64,000 nt of DNA from the IMG/VR virus record IMGVR_UViG_3300032516_000011, positions 1-64,000 of that record, one strand, 5' to 3'. This document shows positions 16,570 through 26,278 of this stretch, piece by piece (positions within the stretch are counted from its first letter, which is position 1; every line of letters begins with the position of its first letter). This stretch comes from a virus. The position numbers and the translations under genes are program-made. The notes below the pieces were generated by a model, which saw only the letters and a list, made by a program, of their open reading frames with translations, searched no databases and was not told the origin of the DNA.

Positions 16570-18693
16570 CTAATTACTTAGTATTGGAAGTTCACATTGT
16601 CCCCCAGCACATACCAACTCTTGTTGAAGTGACGTATGATCTTCTTCTTCAATAAGTTGCGTATAATCAACTGGGCGAAAATCCTTTATAAGTCTATTCC
16701 ATAATTCTTCATCTTGTGGAGTAGTAATAGCCTCTAGAGGTGCTTGTTTGAAATCTTTATCACCGCTTCTCGACAAGAAGGAAACGGCCGAAAAGAAATT
16801 TCTATTAGCGTAAAGGTACTCACTAATTTCTTTCCATTCGCCCGCATCCACAATGACCGTACAAGATACATTATGCGAGACGTCTTTTTTATTGTTGTCA
16901 CTGGTGCCATTCAATACCCAATTTGTTTGCGTACTTTTAATAATATCAAGATGCATAAGTGCAGGTAAGTCCGCTTTAACCATAGCTGTCGCAGAGACTT
17001 CCACAGGAAAGGTTATTACATCATCGGTATGATTAGCACTCCAAACACTTTCTTCACACATATGCGGGTTAGTTTTTTTAAAATGCTTATAAACAGGGTC
17101 CATTTTATTTACTTGAACCCTTCTAAAATAACGTTTCGCATGGTGTGGGTGAATACCTGAAGCTGCTTTTAAAACCAGGCTCGATGTCCCTTCGGGCTTA
17201 ATACAAGTTGTACGTGCTGCTTGATTGGTACCTAAAATTTTAGCCCAACGTTTATTTGTTTCAACAACATGTTTGGCAGCCTTTTGTTGGAATTCAGGAT
17301 TTAAAAGAATTTCTGGACTATCCATCATACCTGTTATGGATACTCCTAGCAACGCTTCTTCCTCCGTTAACCATTTAGATGAATTTGAAAGGTATGGAAA
17401 ATGCGTATATGCAGCTTGTATCGTACCTATTATGGTCGCAGCGGTAGCGGCTCGATAAAAATCCTCTGCACTTCCAATTTGTGCACCATTAATAGACGTA
17501 AGATTACAAAACTGAACCCCCGTAACTCCATCGGCAGCGACGGGTATGAAACCAATTTCAAAACACGGGTTATAAAGAGTGTCAGGATTATTAGCAAATA
17601 CAAACCCGGGCTCACCAAACTGTTTAGTTCTATCGAATATGGTGACGAATGTTTTAAAATCAATCTGATTACGCAAGAGCAGGACGCTATTATTACTCCG
17701 CGCGCGATGGGGATACACAGCATACCAACTAATGGTCTTTTCATTTTTTAATTTTTCATATTCCCATTCTTCTATTTCAACTTTAATATACTCCTGCTTT
17801 GGATATGCTGGATCCTCTATTATTACAAACCCCTCATATTTACCTGTTTCTTTATCCTGTTCAAATTGTTTTTTCTTTTTAACTGGTAGCATGATTTTTG
17901 CATTAAGCATATCTTGATCATCAAAATCAAATATTATCGATGTAGCAGAACGCCGAATGCCCCCAGACAACACAGCATCAGCGCAATGCATAATCACATC
18001 ATATACATTGATCGGATGAAATTGTGCTTGGTGACCCTCTTCTATAATGTTATCAAGCAAAGCTTTTATCTTTGCATGGGCATTTTTAAGGCCTTTGTAA
18101 CCAGGTGCTTTTCCACCGCCTATTTTAAGTGGTGACCCTTTTTTCCTGATTTTCGAATAGTCAAAAACAATCTTTCTACCAGTGTACGGAGTGTTTCGGA
18201 AATAACAACTAAGAAGCGCTTCGACAGAATCCGCCCATCCTTCGATCGTATCTTCTACTGTATACGCAAGAACAATTCCCGTCTTATCATTTGCATCAAC
18301 AAGGTTTGGAAGTCGTCTAAGGTATTTTTTTGATAGACCAATGCCTACTCCGTTTCCGCATAATAGCATGTAAAAAATTTCTGAAAATGAACGAAGAGAA
18401 TCTACATGTTTAACTGAACAATTATACACACGCGCTTCGTGTGCTTCAATGGCTTTCCCTCCGAATTGAAGAGATCTCATTGAAGGCACTATTTTACGTT
18501 GTCGAATAAAATCAAAGGCCTCGGATAATTCTTTTTTTTCTGATTCTTTAAGCCAAGCAAACCTTTTTAAATGCATAGACTCAAGTCGGGAAACGGCTTC
18601 TAACCAAGTCTCCCGACGCTTATGTCTTTCATCATAACGAGCATATTTACTTGTAAAAATAAACTGCGATAGCTCTTCTTTGAAATCAATCAC
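16570..18693 (-). CDS. nrdJ: Class II (adenosylcobalamin-dependent) ribonucleotide reductase
   Basis: RRETW, PSMR, YNC, GGIRRSA, NPCFE, CNL, TCIKPEGT, C-terminal CAGGQC. Confidence 0.92.
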   Translation of the reverse strand: MIDFKEELSQFIFTSKYARYDERHKRRETWLEAVSRLESMHLKRFAWLKESEKKELSEAFDFIRQRKIVPSMRSLQFGGKAIEAHEARVYNCSVKHVDSLRSFSEIFYMLLCGNGVGIGLSKKYLRRLPNLVDANDKTGIVLAYTVEDTIEGWADSVEALLSCYFRNTPYTGRKIVFDYSKIRKKGSPLKIGGGKAPGYKGLKNAHAKIKALLDNIIEEGHQAQFHPINVYDVIMHCADAVLSGGIRRSATSIIFDFDDQDMLNAKIMLPVKKKKQFEQDKETGKYEGFVIIEDPAYPKQEYIKVEIEEWEYEKLKNEKTISWYAVYPHRARSNNSVLLLRNQIDFKTFVTIFDRTKQFGEPGFVFANNPDTLYNPCFEIGFIPVAADGVTGVQFCNLTSINGAQIGSAEDFYRAATAATIIGTIQAAYTHFPYLSNSSKWLTEEEALLGVSITGMMDSPEILLNPEFQQKAAKHVVETNKRWAKILGTNQAARTTCIKPEGTSSLVLKAASGIHPHHAKRYFRRVQVNKMDPVYKHFKKTNPHMCEESVWSANHTDDVITFPVEVSATAMVKADLPALMHLDIIKSTQTNWVLNGTSDNNKKDVSHNVSCTVIVDAGEWKEISEYLYANRNFFSAVSFLSRSGDKDFKQAPLEAITTPQDEELWNRLIKDFRPVDYTQLIEEEDHTSLQQELVCAGGQCELPILSN

Positions 18694-19178
18694 TTTCCAC
18701 TACTCCCAAAACCTTTTATTCCACGATCACTGGATGACAACTCAACTACTTCTTGAAATGTAACATCCGGTATCTTGCCAAATAACATCTGTGCAATTTT
18801 ATCTCCCGTAACGATTTCATAAGGGTATTCGCTATGATTAACTAATACCACCTTTATTTCGCCACGGTACCCAGGATCCACAATACCCGCATCAACCATA
18901 AGAGGTGTGCGAAGTGCATTTCCACTTCGGTTACGTATGTTGCCATACCAACCCATCGGAATGGCCAGGGCAATACCCGTTTTAACGGCTATCTTTCCTA
19001 GACCCGGAATTCGTACAGTTTCATTTGAATATAAATCCCATGCAGCATCTGGTATATCCCTTTGTGCTCTCTCAGGAAGTTTGGCTTCCGGGGAAAGTTT
19101 TTTAATTTGAATAGTTAGGGCGTTCAGTGTTACCAAATCCGCCATAACTTTGTCCGTATTCTTTAATTGCTTTTTCAT
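18690..19178 (-). CDS. dut: dUTPase (trimeric)
   Basis: AAWDL, RSG, GIVDPGYRGE, KIAQ, RGIKGFGSSG. Confidence 0.95.
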   Translation of the reverse strand: MKKQLKNTDKVMADLVTLNALTIQIKKLSPEAKLPERAQRDIPDAAWDLYSNETVRIPGLGKIAVKTGIALAIPMGWYGNIRNRSGNALRTPLMVDAGIVDPGYRGEIKVVLVNHSEYPYEIVTGDKIAQMLFGKIPDVTFQEVVELSSSDRGIKGFGSSGK

Positions 19179-19404
19179 TAATTGTATCGATGTCCACTAT
19201 ACCACGTATATCCTCGGTGTGGATATGGAACTCTCCTTGAACAGGTACCCACGGTAAGTGGTTCTGTTGATAGGCCTCGTCCCATGGTATTAATTTTATA
19301 AAATTATCGCCAGCATCCGATAACTGAAGTATACCACAAAAAAAGTTAGTGGTCGATGTCCAGTTTGTTATCAGCTGTACGTGTCTGTTTATTAGTTTTT
19401 GCAT
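19102..19404 (-). CDS. Hypothetical protein
   Basis: 100-aa ORF overlapping both neighbours. Confidence 0.5.
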   Translation of the reverse strand: MQKLINRHVQLITNWTSTTNFFCGILQLSDAGDNFIKLIPWDEAYQQNHLPWVPVQGEFHIHTEDIRGIVDIDTINEKAIKEYGQSYGGFGNTERPNYSN

Positions 19405-19870
19405 TGAAATATTCTAAGTAATCATCTATTGAGGTTAACCACTCAGCTTTAAAATCGGTGTAGGGTATACTTTTCCTGCCGGTGGGATTGTCCCAATATT
19501 TATTGATCAATTCCACTGGAGTTATATATGCCTTATCTGGGTGAATTTCTTTGAAGTGTATAAAGAAAAATCCTTCCCCTCCCAATTCAATCCATAGTTT
19601 TAAATATTCCAACTGATGTTGGTGGATATTTTTTAGGGGGAAGGATGTAGTGCTTTCACATTCTTTGGTATCGAAAGCAATAGCTTTTCCGAATTTTTTT
19701 CTACCTTTATAGTAGGAAAATACTCCATAAAAGTCAATGGTGCTGAGTGTAGCAACCATTCCTTTTGCAGTTAATCGTATAGGAACTTCAAGTTTTTGTA
19801 TTAAAGCTTTGTATTCTTTACGATAACGTAGATTCGCTTTTCGTACTCTCGTCTCTAGTTGGTTCGACAT
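19346..19870 (-). CDS. recU: RecU-family Holliday junction resolvase
   Basis: STIDFYG, AFDTKE, FPLKNIHQHQLEYL. Confidence 0.85.
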   Translation of the reverse strand: MSNQLETRVRKANLRYRKEYKALIQKLEVPIRLTAKGMVATLSTIDFYGVFSYYKGRKKFGKAIAFDTKECESTTSFPLKNIHQHQLEYLKLWIELGGEGFFFIHFKEIHPDKAYITPVELINKYWDNPTGRKSIPYTDFKAEWLTSIDDYLEYFNAKTNKQTRTADNKLDIDH

Positions 19871-19887
19871 CTATAGTGTGTGGAAGA

Positions 19888-20124
19888 TCATAGGCTAGGA
19901 GCACTGCTCGTATCGCCCTGATTATCTCCTCGTCCTTTCGATTCATCGGATTTTCTAGGATCTTGATGTATATTTCTTTCATATTCATCCGTGTTAAATA
20001 TCTGCTCTAATGAATTATTGTACCTTGTTACTATATCTCCATTCATTAGTGCAGTCAATGACTGGGTAAAAACTTCCATACCGTCAATTTTCTTTTGCGT
20101 ATCTTCGTCTGGAACTAAATTCAT
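19888..20124 (-). CDS. Hypothetical protein
   Basis: 78-aa ORF with ATGA coupling. Confidence 0.5.
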   Translation of the reverse strand: MNLVPDEDTQKKIDGMEVFTQSLTALMNGDIVTRYNNSLEQIFNTDEYERNIHQDPRKSDESKGRGDNQGDTSSAPSL

Positions 20125-20315
20125 TCTGTTTTTTTGAGTTCACATCGCTGCTGGAAATCTTCCACGTTATGCAGTTCCTGTGTGTGACCTATTTTTTTTA
20201 GGTGGTAAGTAAGCTTAACGTGCTTTCTACCATTGCAATAGGAACACTTTGTATTAATAGATTTAATTTTTCCTCGTCCCATACATGCTGGGCATCCGAT
20301 CTTAATTTGATTCAT
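20121..20315 (-). CDS. Small zinc-finger protein (DnaJ-type CxxCxGxG)
   Basis: CPACMGRG and CSYCNGRK. Confidence 0.65.
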   Translation of the reverse strand: MNQIKIGCPACMGRGKIKSINTKCSYCNGRKHVKLTYHLKKIGHTQELHNVEDFQQRCELKKTE

Positions 20316-21055
20316 ATCGTTCCGTGTATAATTTTATGTCCTGCCCTAATTAATTTTACAATACGTTGAATATTGTAACGCTTTAAAATTAGCCTAGTCT
20401 CTTCATTTTCAATTTTATCAAGCCTATTATTTTCCAAAAGACGCATAAGACGTCGTGGATCATATTTAGAAAATGCTGCACACTGTTTAATCGATCTATG
20501 TACAAAGCTATTTTTATCGCTATGAGTTGTAAACGTCTTCATCCATTGGATAGCACGAAAAAAATCGTGTTCATTAATTTCCATAGCTAAACTCATTGCA
20601 TAAACAGCCTCTTCTTTATAGTCTATTGACGGATCATCAGCTAACATACAAGATAATATATCGTTTGTTCCTTCATACATAATCTTATATGAGCCAAATG
20701 TTCCGGTAGCGTATTGAAAGAAATGTATAAATTCATGCACTATGGTGGACATGGGTATTACAAAAGTATCAATCTCTGTGCCATCTCTGTATGAAAATCC
20801 TTGGAACACTACATTGTCTTTGAGATGATCGAAGAAGGCAGCGGTTTTAGAATTGATTTCAGCAATTTTTTCTTGGTTCAATTCTTTACTTCGGGTTTCA
20901 TAGTTCTCAAAAAGATTTGCATATTTCTTTGCCGATGATGCAAAAATTACTGTAGGAACTTTAATGGGTACGTATCCTATATGATGTGATACATATTGGA
21001 TTATGCCTTTTATTTCCTGTTTTGTAAGAGGTGATGTAATTGCTGGTTTTAGCAT
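20312..21055 (-). CDS. Putative zincin metallopeptidase
   Basis: HEFIH plus downstream YEG third-ligand motif. Confidence 0.6.
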   Translation of the reverse strand: MLKPAITSPLTKQEIKGIIQYVSHHIGYVPIKVPTVIFASSAKKYANLFENYETRSKELNQEKIAEINSKTAAFFDHLKDNVVFQGFSYRDGTEIDTFVIPMSTIVHEFIHFFQYATGTFGSYKIMYEGTNDILSCMLADDPSIDYKEEAVYAMSLAMEINEHDFFRAIQWMKTFTTHSDKNSFVHRSIKQCAAFSKYDPRRLMRLLENNRLDKIENEETRLILKRYNIQRIVKLIRAGHKIIHGTI

Positions 21056-21057
21056 AA

Positions 21058-21087
21058 TAAAAAAAGGGCGAGTATTACTACCCGCCC
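21058..21087 (-). terminator. Intrinsic terminator
   Basis: GGGCG...CGCCC hairpin followed by a T-run on the minus strand. Confidence 0.7.
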
Positions 21088-21102
21088 AATTATTTGTATT
21101 GA

Positions 21103-21534
21103 TTACTTTAAACGAGTAAAGTCTAGACCGTCATCTTCGACGATGTCAACTACAACATTTTTATTTTTATAGTCGGACACGTTTGTACGTGGCTTACCAT
21201 TGTCCCCGTTTGTTGTGGAAAGGTATCCTGATACCTCTAATCCTGTTAGGGCTGCACACAGGGTTTCTGGAGTTGCCGATTCGTTATTCATTTCGGTGCT
21301 TTCTCCAGCCTCAAGAAGGGCATACATTTTCCAGGTTACCCAAGGCATGTAGATATTATCCCATACCTTTCGTCCCTTAAAATCACCGTCTGTAATAGTG
21401 AAAGTAATCTCAAAACGGTGGCCATCCTTTCCGTCTTTTTGATGGGGATCGACTTTGACGGCGTCGACTTTTAATAAGTAACGGCCGTCAGAAATGGGTT
21501 CAAAACTGGACTTACCCTGCTTTAGATTGTACAT
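21103..21534 (-). CDS. DUF669-like single-stranded DNA-binding protein
   Basis: FEPISDGRY, GDFKGRKVWDN, acidic tail; follows a Sak4-like ATPase. Confidence 0.7.
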   Translation of the reverse strand: MYNLKQGKSSFEPISDGRYLLKVDAVKVDPHQKDGKDGHRFEITFTITDGDFKGRKVWDNIYMPWVTWKMYALLEAGESTEMNNESATPETLCAALTGLEVSGYLSTTNGDNGKPRTNVSDYKNKNVVVDIVEDDGLDFTRLK

Positions 21535-23262
21535 CAGATTCTGTATTGGTTAAATCTTTGAGAAGCATTTGCGCTTCATCCTCACGAAGATCGAGCAGGC
21601 TTTGGACCGAGTAGTCATCGTTCAATTTATCTCTAAGTTGAGTTTCGGCCATGCCATTTGTTGCCTTCATAAGTTTAGTTAGTGTATCTCCTACAATGCC
21701 CGCGGTTAAAAAATCCTTGCCGCCAATCTTAACACTGATGCTTCTATTCGAAACCTGATTAAGTACTTGTTCAGCACGGAGCTTTACTGGGGGTCGTTCA
21801 AGATCCTTGATCCCAAAATACTTCACAAGCTCTTGATAAGAGAATTCAAGACTTGCTGGAAGTGTGTTGGTACGATCTTTCTTTACTGTTGCAATTCGGG
21901 TTTCATTTGGACCAAAGTTTAATTCTAAGACGACATCAAAAAGATACGGTGCGTCTTTAGGTCCATCGGGTTCAGTGCCTGCCAGCTTCATGAACTCTCC
22001 AGAATCCTGGGAATACATGTTTTTTACTTGCGCTGTAGCAATGATGTTCATATCAAGTGCGAGGAGCTTATTAATGAATGCTCTCAGGTCACTTTTTATT
22101 GTTTTGTAATCTGCCTGTTACCCCTATTTTTATTATATAGGGAGTGGACTGTGTCATTATCCTTTCGGATACCCTTGTCAGTCTCTCGAGCGTTTCTATG
22201 ATTGACGCTTCGATAGTTGCCCATTAGGTTTATGGGGATTCTTCGATATTCGGGTTTTCATGGGAGATTTCTCTAACCATGCCGCCAGTTTTAATAGTGT
22301 GCGATTTTTTCTCTTCATGCCAAAAGGACTGGTTGATAGTAAGTTTATAGCATTGATAAGATCGTTTTGTTTACTTATCTCTAGTCTACTTATATTGCCT
22401 TTTGGATAAAGTTTGTGTTGGATATGTAATTGTTTTCGTACCCATTCCAATAAATCTTTGGTACCATTGAAATACATTCCACACCGCGTATCAGTCCTAT
22501 TCACAGAATAAATTCCTACAGAACCATCCCCATCTAATAAACCACGTAAAAAACTTCCAATAAATTTCTTTGGTAACTTCTTCGGTGCTTTAAGAATCAG
22601 TGATTTGTTAGGAACTACGCCATACTGCTCTAAGCTTTTCGCAAGATATTTACTACATATCTGTAATCTATCTCGTGTATAGTTAGCTGTTTTTTGATCG
22701 TATAGTATGGGACCTGTGTATCCTAATTGTTTTCGGATATATTCTAATACATCGCGCCCATTTGCATGCTGTGTAAAATCTAAACGATACGAAACACTCT
22801 TTGTTCTAGCAATACCACCATCAGCAAAAATGAATCCCAAAATATAGGCTTTTGCCGATGTATCAATATTGTCGAAGTAGTGTGCGTTTAGTTTATACAT
22901 ACGCAAGTTAACGGTTGAAATACATATTGGGGATTACCCTTTTTTACTCTTAAACGTTTAAGGTGTTTTTCTTGTAGAAGGTCCCAGAACTTTGTGAATG
23001 AATCGATCACAAGAGTTTTATAATCTTGCGGATCTTTTATTAACGCATCCACTGCTTGGAAAACCTTATCTACATCCGTTGTTCTCAGCTTTGAGAATTT
23101 GAAAGCCTCGGCATACCAATCGGTACCGCCATCAAGATCTACTACGGCAGCATTTGGGAAAGATAAACTTGTTACAGTTTTCCCAGTTCCATGTGTACCG
23201 TAGATGTACATCTTTAGCCTTCGTTGTTCTGGCAAAGCAGGTGAAAATAGATTAGTACTCAA
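21512..23262 (-). CDS. AAA_24/Sak4-like ATPase, intron-split: join(23262..22911, 22113..21512), about 317 aa
   Basis: Exon 1 has Walker A GTHGTGKT and Walker B VIDS; splicing restores YVFQP-S-DYKTIKSDLRAF in frame with the 21512-22051 ORF (PYLFDVV, KDRT). Confidence 0.85.
22114..22910 (-). mobile_element. Group I intron with LAGLIDADG homing endonuclease
   Basis: 5' exon ends in U and intron ends in G; P7 pair GAGACTG/CAGTC, P8 ATCC-GAAA-GGAT, P9 CCCTAT/ATAGGG; removal restores the host frame. Confidence 0.88.
22196..22900 (-). CDS. LAGLIDADG homing endonuclease (two motifs)
   Basis: YILGFIFADG and FLRGLLDGDG; ATG at 22900 (track starts at TTG 22906). Confidence 0.92.
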   Translation of the reverse strand: MYKLNAHYFDNIDTSAKAYILGFIFADGGIARTKSVSYRLDFTQHANGRDVLEYIRKQLGYTGPILYDQKTANYTRDRLQICSKYLAKSLEQYGVVPNKSLILKAPKKLPKKFIGSFLRGLLDGDGSVGIYSVNRTDTRCGMYFNGTKDLLEWVRKQLHIQHKLYPKGNISRLEISKQNDLINAINLLSTSPFGMKRKNRTLLKLAAWLEKSPMKTRISKNPHKPNGQLSKRQS

Positions 23263-23276
23263 TTATTAAGTTTTGG

Positions 23277-23918
23277 TTATTTTTTGTATATGAATGGCAT
23301 AATCTTTTCAGCTAACAGATATGTGCTTTGAAGATCTCGTAAACAATACTCTGCAATTTCTTTTATACGCCCTTCATAGTAAGCCTTACCTACCTCAGCG
23401 GCAACTATACCGCCTTCTTTAGGAGAAGGAACATTAAAAAATTCGCAAGCCTCGTGTAGGCTATAAAACTGTTCGCGCCCGCCGCTTATCTGTAGAAATA
23501 CATCAAGATGTTGCGGCATCGGATCATATTTGGTGTATTGAAGAAACTGTATATTTGTGGGTTTAATTCCGTGATGTAACGTTCTTCTTATTATAAACGG
23601 AATGTCAAAGCGTATTCCATTATAGGAAATAAAAGTACCGCTGTATCCGGCGATACCATTCCAGAAAGCTTCTAGGATAAGTTTCTCATCGTCGTTCGTT
23701 AAAGCAGTGCTTTTACCTGTTTGGGAATGATAGAGTCCGATACAAACTATACGAGATAAATAAGGATCGGTTCCTTTCAATTCCCCTTCTTTTGCTTTTG
23801 GGTCAACGGTGGGATCTCTTCGAATTGCAGAGTCCAGCTTCTTTTTTATATATCCTTTTTGTGTTTCTGAATACTCTTCTTCTTTAAATGGAGCGGTTTC
23901 AATGTCAAATACTAGCAT
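23277..23918 (-). CDS. PolB-like 3'-5' exonuclease (DEDD)
   Basis: FDIET, YNGIRFDIPF, YCLRD. Confidence 0.85.
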   Translation of the reverse strand: MLVFDIETAPFKEEEYSETQKGYIKKKLDSAIRRDPTVDPKAKEGELKGTDPYLSRIVCIGLYHSQTGKSTALTNDDEKLILEAFWNGIAGYSGTFISYNGIRFDIPFIIRRTLHHGIKPTNIQFLQYTKYDPMPQHLDVFLQISGGREQFYSLHEACEFFNVPSPKEGGIVAAEVGKAYYEGRIKEIAEYCLRDLQSTYLLAEKIMPFIYKK

Positions 23919-23939
23919 GTTATGTATTGGGTTAATGGT

Positions 23940-24335
23940 TTAATCCTCGTAATTTTCAGAGTCGTCAAGTGAGATTTCATCTAAACGAGGTTGAGAATTG
24001 TGTATAAACTCGTTGCACAAGACGACCATACGATCTACTGCTCGTAGGTTGTCTAATTTTTCACAGCTTCGAACCTCTAAAAATTTGTTTTGTTTCATCG
24101 CATAACCCATGACATTTTGTATGGTTTCGTCAGAGATTGCACGTCCTGCTACTATTTCTATTTTTTGTTTCTTCTCAAGTAACAATACGCTTGTAGATGG
24201 AGCAGCGTATCGTACCATGGGTTTTTTACCAGGCATATTATTTGGAACTATGGTTGTTTCTGCATGCCTAAATAACCCTGGGCCGATCTCCCAAATCTCT
24301 TCAACTCCAGGATCGAATACAGGGGAAGTGATCAC
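23940..24335 (-). CDS. Hypothetical protein
   Basis: 131-aa ORF coupled to the upstream gene. Confidence 0.55.
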   Translation of the reverse strand: MITSPVFDPGVEEIWEIGPGLFRHAETTIVPNNMPGKKPMVRYAAPSTSVLLLEKKQKIEIVAGRAISDETIQNVMGYAMKQNKFLEVRSCEKLDNLRAVDRMVVLCNEFIHNSQPRLDEISLDDSENYED

Positions 24336-25078
24336 AAACCTACTGCACCATCAAATGGAGCCACGAAAAATTTTGCCTGATGTTTAGCATTTGGAAAGTA
24401 TTCTTTTATTCTTTCCTGCAATTTAGCGGGGCTATTTGTACGTTCACTAAGATGTCCGATGACCACTGTTTTGAGCCTATCAATGCCTAACGACTGGATA
24501 AACTCTAAGGCTTGCTGATTAGATAAATGTCCAAAATTACTGGCAATTCGATCTTTCAGATCCGTGGTGTAGTCTTCGTACGCTTTCAATAAATCATCAT
24601 CATAATCACATTCCAGTAATAATGAGGTGCATGGTTTAAGAGCTTCTACCATACTTTTTGAGAAGCTTCCTGTATCGGTGACATATCCGAATACAGTATC
24701 TTTGTCCGTTAATATAAATCCAAACGCTTGTACTGCATCGTGTTTAGTTGAGAAAGGCTTTACCTTTATAGACCCGATTTGGATCTCTTGGGTATCACTT
24801 AGATCTTTAACTAAACAACGATTAAATATAGCTGGTTTTTTATTACGGACAAGAGGGCTTACGTATACTGGTACTTTTGTTTTGCGGTGTAATGCTCCGG
24901 CACTTTTAATGTGGTCTGAATGTTCATGCGTTATTAAAAGTGCGTCAAATGATAGGCGCTTGGTTTTTGTCAAGACCTGTTTAACGGGGATACCTGCATC
25001 AATTAAAATAAAAGTGTCGTCGTTGAAGATCAGTGTTGAATTACCGCTAGACGATGAACCTATAGATATTATTTGCAC
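24332..25078 (-). CDS. Metallo-beta-lactamase-fold nuclease (YycJ/WalJ-like)
   Basis: SSSSGN, THEHSDH, HDA, TDTG, GHLSN, HLSERTN. Confidence 0.88.
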   Translation of the reverse strand: MQIISIGSSSSGNSTLIFNDDTFILIDAGIPVKQVLTKTKRLSFDALLITHEHSDHIKSAGALHRKTKVPVYVSPLVRNKKPAIFNRCLVKDLSDTQEIQIGSIKVKPFSTKHDAVQAFGFILTDKDTVFGYVTDTGSFSKSMVEALKPCTSLLLECDYDDDLLKAYEDYTTDLKDRIASNFGHLSNQQALEFIQSLGIDRLKTVVIGHLSERTNSPAKLQERIKEYFPNAKHQAKFFVAPFDGAVGL

Positions 25079-25499
25079 GTCGTATGTGTGTATTTCCTTG
25101 CGCTCTCCAACGGGGATTATGGTGTCTCCGGATGGCGCCTATTTGTCGCGCGGTCATTGCCAAGAATCGAATTAATATGTTTGAGGGCGTACAGCCCCAT
25201 CCCGAGATTTCTTGGATAGATGTGGACCTGCTTGTATCATCATAATCCTTAAACGATGCTATAGCTGGATTCGTTTTCAAACTTCTCCAATTATTATCGG
25301 CTGTACGAAGTCCTACACTACTGGTCATAGGAAGGAAGTTTTGCATTCGTAACACATCTTTGATCTTTGTTGTTCTTGGATTCAATGGATCTTTACGCGC
25401 TTCTTGCACGAAGGCGGAGGAAAGTGCTGTACCGAGGACTGTAGCTTTGTGTCGTTGTCCTCTTTTAAACGACTGTTCTTTTTGAAGTTTTTTCTTCAT
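25047..25499 (-). CDS. Hypothetical basic protein
   Basis: 150-aa ORF in the operon. Confidence 0.5.
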   Translation of the reverse strand: MKKKLQKEQSFKRGQRHKATVLGTALSSAFVQEARKDPLNPRTTKIKDVLRMQNFLPMTSSVGLRTADNNWRSLKTNPAIASFKDYDDTSRSTSIQEISGWGCTPSNILIRFLAMTARQIGAIRRHHNPRWRAQGNTHIRRANNIYRFIV

Positions 25500-25746
25500 A
25501 CTCTTTTTTATATTTTAGGAATACTTTAATGTTTAATTCATCATGTCGCCATATGGAGTTTAGCCATTGGACGAAATCCTCATCTTTTAAATCATCTTTA
25601 GTTACAGCTCGGGCCGCAACATACTGGCCTTTAAATCTAAAGATCTTAGCGAACTCACTTCTTATACCAAAAAGCTGGTCTGGTGTAGCGAAGTCATTAG
25701 TAACAAGAACCACGAATTTACCTATATATGGAGAAAAATCTATCAT
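25465..25746 (-). CDS. Hypothetical protein
   Basis: 93 aa; ATG 6 nt after a -10 box. Confidence 0.6.
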   Translation of the reverse strand: MIDFSPYIGKFVVLVTNDFATPDQLFGIRSEFAKIFRFKGQYVAARAVTKDDLKDEDFVQWLNSIWRHDELNIKVFLKYKKEYEEKTSKRTVV

Positions 25747-25752
25747 GGTTCT

Positions 25753-25781
25753 ATTATACTAATTTTTTAGCTCAAAGTCAA
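25753..25781 (-). promoter_or_regulatory. Sigma-70 promoter
   Basis: TTGACT-N17-TATAAT. Confidence 0.78.
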
Positions 25782-26278
25782 ATTTGGATCTTTGGTGCGG
25801 TATATACCGCTAATAGAGGGTGTTTGTTAAGTAGATATTGCCCAAGTGTGTCCAAGGGTATCTCGATGGCTATATCTGGTGCTATACCGCTTGGTTGGGG
25901 TGAAGGAGTTTGTCCTTCTATTCTATACTCAACCCAAGTAACCTTGCCTTTTTGTATGTGTTCTTTTATTTGCTGTTGTTTTTTACTCAGGCTTGATTGT
26001 CCAGACTTGACTTCTAAAAATACAACCTCATCGTCTGTAAACACTACATAATCTATTGGCATTCCGATGAAATGGGCCTGTTTTGGATTATATGGAAAGT
26101 TCGCTAGGAACGGTGCCATTTGTTCGGCTATTTGTCCCGTTCGCACTTCCGAGGATTTTTTCTGCCCCAGAATTTTTATATTCTGGTCTTCGAGTTGTTG
26201 GATTTTGTTCGCTTGACGACGGGCTAGAAACGCTTGAACTATCAGTACTGCGAACAAAAGTAATATCAGGAATACCAT
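25778..26278 (-). CDS. PD-(D/E)XK endonuclease related to archaeal Holliday junction resolvase, with N-terminal TM
   Basis: GQIAEQMAPF, FIGMPIDYVVF, FLEVKSG. Confidence 0.85.
   Translation of the reverse strand: MVFLILLLFAVLIVQAFLARRQANKIQQLEDQNIKILGQKKSSEVRTGQIAEQMAPFLANFPYNPKQAHFIGMPIDYVVFTDDEVVFLEVKSGQSSLSKKQQQIKEHIQKGKVTWVEYRIEGQTPSPQPSGIAPDIAIEIPLDTLGQYLLNKHPLLAVYTAPKIQI

Noticed and set aside
22888-23262. Truncated ATPase pseudogene or intein-split gene
   Set aside because: The endonuclease is not fused in frame to both host parts, there are no intein terminal motifs, and RNA splicing restores the frame.
24627-25175. Antisense and alternate-frame ORFs in the track (e.g. 24627-25175, 1153-1527, 39800-40255, 61018-61401)
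   Set aside because: They shadow well-supported genes on the other strand or frame and show no motifs or initiation signals.
26088-26278. 190-nt overlap of the CCA-like gene with the resolvase-like gene as functional dual coding
   Set aside because: The extension is low-complexity Ser-rich and an out-of-frame TAATG lies at the expected end, so a lost stop codon is more likely.
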